A program made the translations under genes and the position numbers. From assembly GCF_009914755.1 (NCBI RefSeq), contig NC_060939.1: 64,000 bases of DNA; one strand, written 5' to 3'. This document shows positions 59,104 to 64,000 of this stretch, one piece after another. Every line of letters starts with the position of its first letter. The first letter of the stretch is position 1. The notes beneath the pieces were generated by a model. The model searched no databases and was not told the DNA's origin. It worked only from the letters and a program-made list of their open reading frames with translations. Origin of the DNA: the human T2T-CHM13v2.0 reference genome, Homo sapiens.

Positions 59104-60908
59104 ATTTTCTAGTTTCTCTTGTCCCCCAATGTAAGATTTTTCTTTCTGTGCTATCCTAAAGGACAATTTGTCTCAGCTTATGTATTTCTATAGGCGACAA
59201 GCTCATTAAGCAATTCTTCAACTAATATCAGGTTCTTATTGTTCAAAAGTGTTAATGGTAAAGAAAAATGAGCGAGATACTTTTTGTATAACTCTTAGCA
59301 TCCCGCCTCATACCTGCCACACAGTAAAGGCTCTATAAATATTGGCTATTTTCATGTTTATTATAACCATAGTAATCGATGATGGGTCAAATCCTAGCTC
59401 TCTGTTATTTCCACCATTTAGCCCCAGTTCTGCTGTCTGGAGCAACAGAAAACAGGCCCCTTTTTTCTACCATGGGACTTGATGTTTAAAAGCATTGTCC
59501 TGTCATCTTTTAAGCTTCTCTACTTTTTGCAGAATTTATGAAGTTCTTATAAGTGTTCGAAGTATAAATTGAAAGGCAAACACCTCACTTTTCACAGCAC
59601 ACATCTCAGAGTTTATTGTAGGACACAACAGTAGTGTGTCTACAAAACTGGTTACCTGTGAGTTAATAAGGAAGTAATCCAGTCAGCTGAAATTACAGCT
59701 GGGCTTCTGAGATTTTAGGACTGCCATGGGATTACATTCAGCACATCTAAGCACACATTTCTCTAGCTGAACTAATAAGTTGTTACTTTGAAGAGATTAG
59801 GGTATAATTTAGTTTTAATCAAGGATTTCCTCTCTTTAAAAATAATATAATGAAATCAGTAATTTTATAGTATTAATGCATAAGAGATTGTGGATTTGTA
59901 GTAAATATTTAATCCTATAAAGAAATTGTTATTCCTGATGTTATGCACATCACAAAAACTCAGAAATTACCTTCCTAAAAATATTTATAGATGATTATTT
60001 TTGTTTTTCTTTTTGTCCTGTAACAGTTTCTCTCCCTTCTCTTTGCACTAGTCACTTACAACCCATTATCGCCTGCTTAACTGATCTTCTTAAGGTTCCT
60101 ATCCCTCATCCTCCAATCAAGTCAAGTGATAATTTATAAAAATAAAAGTTTTGATAACAGAAAAGGTTTGGAGATTTTTTCCCATTGGAATTATTCTGAA
60201 ATCAGCTCCACCTTCTTGAAGTAGTTCAGGGAGACTTAGCATTTCTTAAAGAAAATGGTTGACAACCGGAATATTAATTGTTTTGTTTTGACTTTTAAAT
60301 GGCTAATGGTTATTACAGAATGAACCATTAATCAATGCACATACTATATAAGGATTCTATCACCTTGCTTCTGCTTCCTTAGACAAAACAGATCATCCTC
60401 ACAGCTGGGCAGTAAACTAGGATCAGGTGAAGGAAATATCTGAAGGATATAGCTCTATCTAAACCAGACAGTAAATTGTATTAAAGATATTTGTGGCACT
60501 AGTCAGCAAGTACATTGTGAAAATGGGAGCCTCATCGCACTTCTAATAGATATACTAAGAGTGAATGTAAAGAGTCAACTCAGTGTGGTCAAGCAATCTT
60601 AGTCTAGAAAATTATAGCGAAGTGAAACTGTACGTCAACAGCTCTTGGCTTATGAAATTGCTCTGGCAAGAACACAATTCATGAATGTCAGATGTCTATA
60701 ACTTTGGCTTGTGTTTAGATCGCCAAAAGAAAGCACTGTGCTGAGGTTGTTAAAATATAACCCATTCCTAATGGAAGATAAAACCCAAGGTACCCTAAGT
60801 AGCAAAAATACCGTGGGCCCTAAATAAAAGTTTGGATCTCACAGTAGCAGAGAGGAAGCATCCTCATGCAATGCATTGTACCAAGGTAAGGTAGCAGTGG
60901 CACTTTAT

Positions 60909-60913
60909 TGATG

Positions 60914-60945
<32 letters not shown>

Positions 60946-60957
60946 GATGATGATGAT
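60909..60957. repeat. (GAT)n trinucleotide microsatellite with one GGT interruption
   Basis: Seen directly. Confidence 0.95.
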
Positions 60958-60960
60958 AAT

Positions 60961-61290
60961 TACAAGGATTTGAATGTTGGTTGTTCCGAACAAAACTCAT
61001 GTTGAAATTTGATTCCTGATGTGGCAGTGTTGGGAGGTGGGATCCGGTGAGGGATGTTTGCCATCATAAATAGATTAATGCTCTCCCTCAAGGTGAGGGA
61101 GTTCTTGCTTTCCTGAGAATGGATTAGTTTCAGAAAAAAGCTGGTTGTTAAAAATATTATAATTTTCTTATTTTCTTTCTCTCATGTCCTCAGTTGTCAT
61201 GTGATCTCTTTGCACTCCTTTTTCATGTTCTGCCATGAGCAGGAGGAGCATGAGGCCCTCACCACACATAGCTGCCCAATGTTGAACTTA
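60961..61290 (+). mobile_element. MST (MaLR) LTR fragment
   Basis: tttgaatgtt...aaaactcatgttgaaattt...gtgttgggaggtggg...tgaggccctcacca. Confidence 0.7.
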
Positions 61291-61744
61291 GGGGAGGGAG
61301 AGGAGGAGAAGAAACTGTGAAAGTAGAAATAAGCCTACTGGCATTTTACAATTAAGTTTTTGAGGGAATGGAATAATTCATCTACGTTAATTATCCAGAT
61401 AACTGAAGTACCCATTAAAGATACATATAATGGGGATAATTTGGAGATAATTTTGATTAGATATTTTTCTAAAAATTTGTACATCTCTGACTTCTTAAAC
61501 AATATTCAGAACACAATATATGTCTTTTCTTAAAATGACTCAATGCCTGTCATGAATATCATTCACTACTGTAGTGATCAAGAGAAGCACTCTGAAACCA
61601 GACTGGTTGGGTTCAAATGTAAGCTTTATATGTGTCAGTTGTGTGATTTTGGAACAAAATACTTAACATCTCTGTGTTTTAGTATGCTAATGTAGAAAAT
61701 AAGCATAATAGTAGTTCCATTTCATAAGATTTATTGTATGGCTT

Positions 61745-62161
61745 TGTCTCAGGCTATTTTTAGTATAAAAGAATACTTAAACTGGAAAATTATTTTAAAG
61801 AAAGAGGTTTAATTGGCTTACAATTCTGAAAGCTGTACAAGAAGCATGGCACCAACACTTGCTCAGCTTCTGGTGAGGGCTTTGGGAAGTTTACAATCAC
61901 AGTAGAAGGTGATGGGGAGCCAGCATGACACATGGTGAGAGCAGGAAAAAGATAGAAAGAGGAAAGAGGTGCCACATACTCTTAAACAACCAGCTCACAT
62001 GAACTCAGAGCAAGAACTCACTTATCACCAAGGGGATGGTGCATTCATGAGGGATGACCCCCGCCCTGTGATACTAACACCTCCCACAAGGCCCCACCTC
62101 CAACACTGGGGATTACGTTTCACCATGAGATTTTGAGGGGTCCAATAGCCAAACCATAGCA
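61745..62161 (-). mobile_element. MSTA-like solo LTR inserted in a MIR (about 61570-62240)
   Basis: aaagaaagaggtttaattggct...aagcatggc...ggccccacctccaacactggggattac...ccaaaccatagca. Confidence 0.85.
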
Positions 62162-62254
62162 TGATTCAGTGAATTAATGTGCGTATGTAGCTATAACAGT
62201 ACCTGCCAAATAATAAGGGCTGCATAAATGATTATTATTGAACATGTCAAAGTT

Positions 62255-62570
62255 GTTTACTCATTTATTCATTCCCGTAGGATTTATTGAGCAGCTACTA
62301 TGTGCTAGGTGTTATTCAAGGCATTTGGTAATAAAGGCCCCTGCCCTCACAGAGCCTGAATTCTAAGTAGAAATGATAGATAATAAAATAAACCTAAGTA
62401 CATTATGTGTATGATGTGTGTATGATGGTCATAAGAACTATGAAAATAAGAACTAAACCAGAATAAAGGGAATTGGAAGTGCTGAGGCAGGGTAAATTTT
62501 GGCAGGGAAGGAGCAGTATTAAATAGAATGGTAAGGTTATATAAGTCTCATTGAAAAGATGAGTTTTTAA
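62255..62570 (-). mobile_element. L2 3' end
   Basis: tcatttattcattc...tttattgagcagctactatgtgctagg...cctgccctca. Confidence 0.7.
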
Positions 62571-63207
62571 AAATCTTATGTATCACATACAATAAATAGC
62601 CATAAACTATAGTACTTTTGAGGTAAAATAACTTTTTAGTTCTCTCACTTATATATTATTTTGCCCCCAATACATTTATGCTTATCCCATTTGTCAACAC
62701 AGGCAAGCCAAAATGATGCAAGAACCCTTCCTCTGTGTGACGCAAGTCTCCAAAAGAGAAACATTAACTCCTTTATGCAAAGCAAGTCCATGGCTAACAA
62801 ACCATGTCACCTAAACTTTGACTGCCTTGCCCTAGACTTTATCATGGCTCAGTGCTCCTGTCCTGAAAGGAAGTCTCTCTTGGGTACTACAAACTAGTCT
62901 TTTAGGCCCTCTGCTCCTCCTCCCACTCTACTGTGAATGTTCAGCTATATGGAGATTTAAGCACCTGAGGAGGGAGGATTTCAGAGTAGAACTGGAAGCA
63001 CGATGGGGTAAATGTCTTAGAAACCCAAAGAAGGGAAAAGGGCTCTTGTATTTGAAGTTCTGTATTAACTTTATTTGATATTTGCGAGGAGAGTATAAGC
63101 AACTTGCAACCACGATTCTATACTCCAGTTATAAACTAACCCAAATGGTCTAGGGATTCAGGCATAGAGTGAAGTGTATCCTGAACTGACCCTTTACATT
63201 TTAGTGT

Positions 63208-63518
63208 TTTCTTTTTGGTTTTTTGTTTTTTTTTGAGACAGGGTCTCACTCTGTCACTCAGGGCTGGAGTACAGCTGCACAATCACGGCTCACTGCAGAC
63301 TGGAACACCCAGGCTCAGATGATCCTCCCTCCTCAATCTCCTGAATAGCTGGACTACAGGCACAGGCCACCATCTCTAGCTAACTTTCTGTGTTTTTTTG
63401 TAGAGACAGGATTTTGCCATATTGCCAAGGCTGGTCTTGAACTCCTGGGCTCAAACAGTCGGCCCACCCTGGCCTCCCAAAGTGCTGAGATTACAGGTGT
63501 GAGCCACCACACCAGGCC
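63208..63518 (-). mobile_element. AluJ, full length
   Basis: gagacagggtctcactctgtc...gaactcctgggctcaa; TSD tacatttta at 63195-63203 and 63519-63527. Confidence 0.9.
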
Positions 63519-64000
63519 TACATTTTATATAAATGTTTTATGTGTACAAATATCTAGAAGGTTCTACCTCTTAATATCGGCTAAACAACGATTACACATT
63601 TTGATTTTAATGTCAACATGATCCAACAAACTAGTGCAACTTCTTTAGAATTGGGATAGTCAATTTATCTATTAGGTTGAAATAAATAAGATAAAATGAG
63701 ATAATACAGGCAAAAAGTATCTGGTAGATGTTAACATATTTTATTTAAGGTGTGTGTAAGACACTGTTTCATAACTACTGAATATTTTTGAATCAATTTT
63801 CTCTAACTATATTAACTTTGAACAAATTATTTAACTGCTGTGAAACACAATTTCCTCCTCTATATGTTAGAAATAATTCCTACTTGAAAAGTTATTGTCA
63901 GAGTTACAAAGAATACTCATGAAGAATCTCGTATACTACCTGACATATAGTTGTTGTTCCAGAAATGAAATAAATATTTATTATATTATGCAAAGAAAAC

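Noticed and set aside
60615-60890. Protein-like stretch RSETVRQQLLAYEIALARTQF and donor AAG|gtaagg
   Set aside because: Short, stop-bounded, no good acceptor, no recognised homology

Overview
AT-rich primate (human-like) genomic DNA. It contains AluJ/S/Y, L1PA/PB/MA/M, L2, L3, MIR, MaLR/ERVL LTR and DNA-transposon relics. I recognise no protein-coding gene, tRNA/rRNA, CpG island or CRISPR array, so it reads as intergenic or deep-intronic. Nearly all supplied ORFs come from Alu, L1 or microsatellites. The largest element is a near full-length, dead L1PB-type LINE (51445-58123) nested in an older L1M. The most notable signals are mechanistic scars: (1) an internal L1 ORF2 fragment with a 12-bp target-site duplication (TSD) but no poly(A); (2) an AluJ arm copied at the DNA level from 2.45 kb away; (3) repeated inverted template switches around a (TG)/(TA)/(CA) microsatellite; (4) a TSD-less truncated AluY; (5) a near-perfect 25-bp-arm hairpin in unique DNA; (6) a possible 5' transduction. 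There is also a speculative chain of small + strand exons, one with a consensus GC donor, that would splice in frame into a 36-aa micro-ORF. Repeat subfamilies are called by eye from remembered consensus motifs, and boundaries of old repeats are approximate. I found no convincing evidence of a new multi-gene system.
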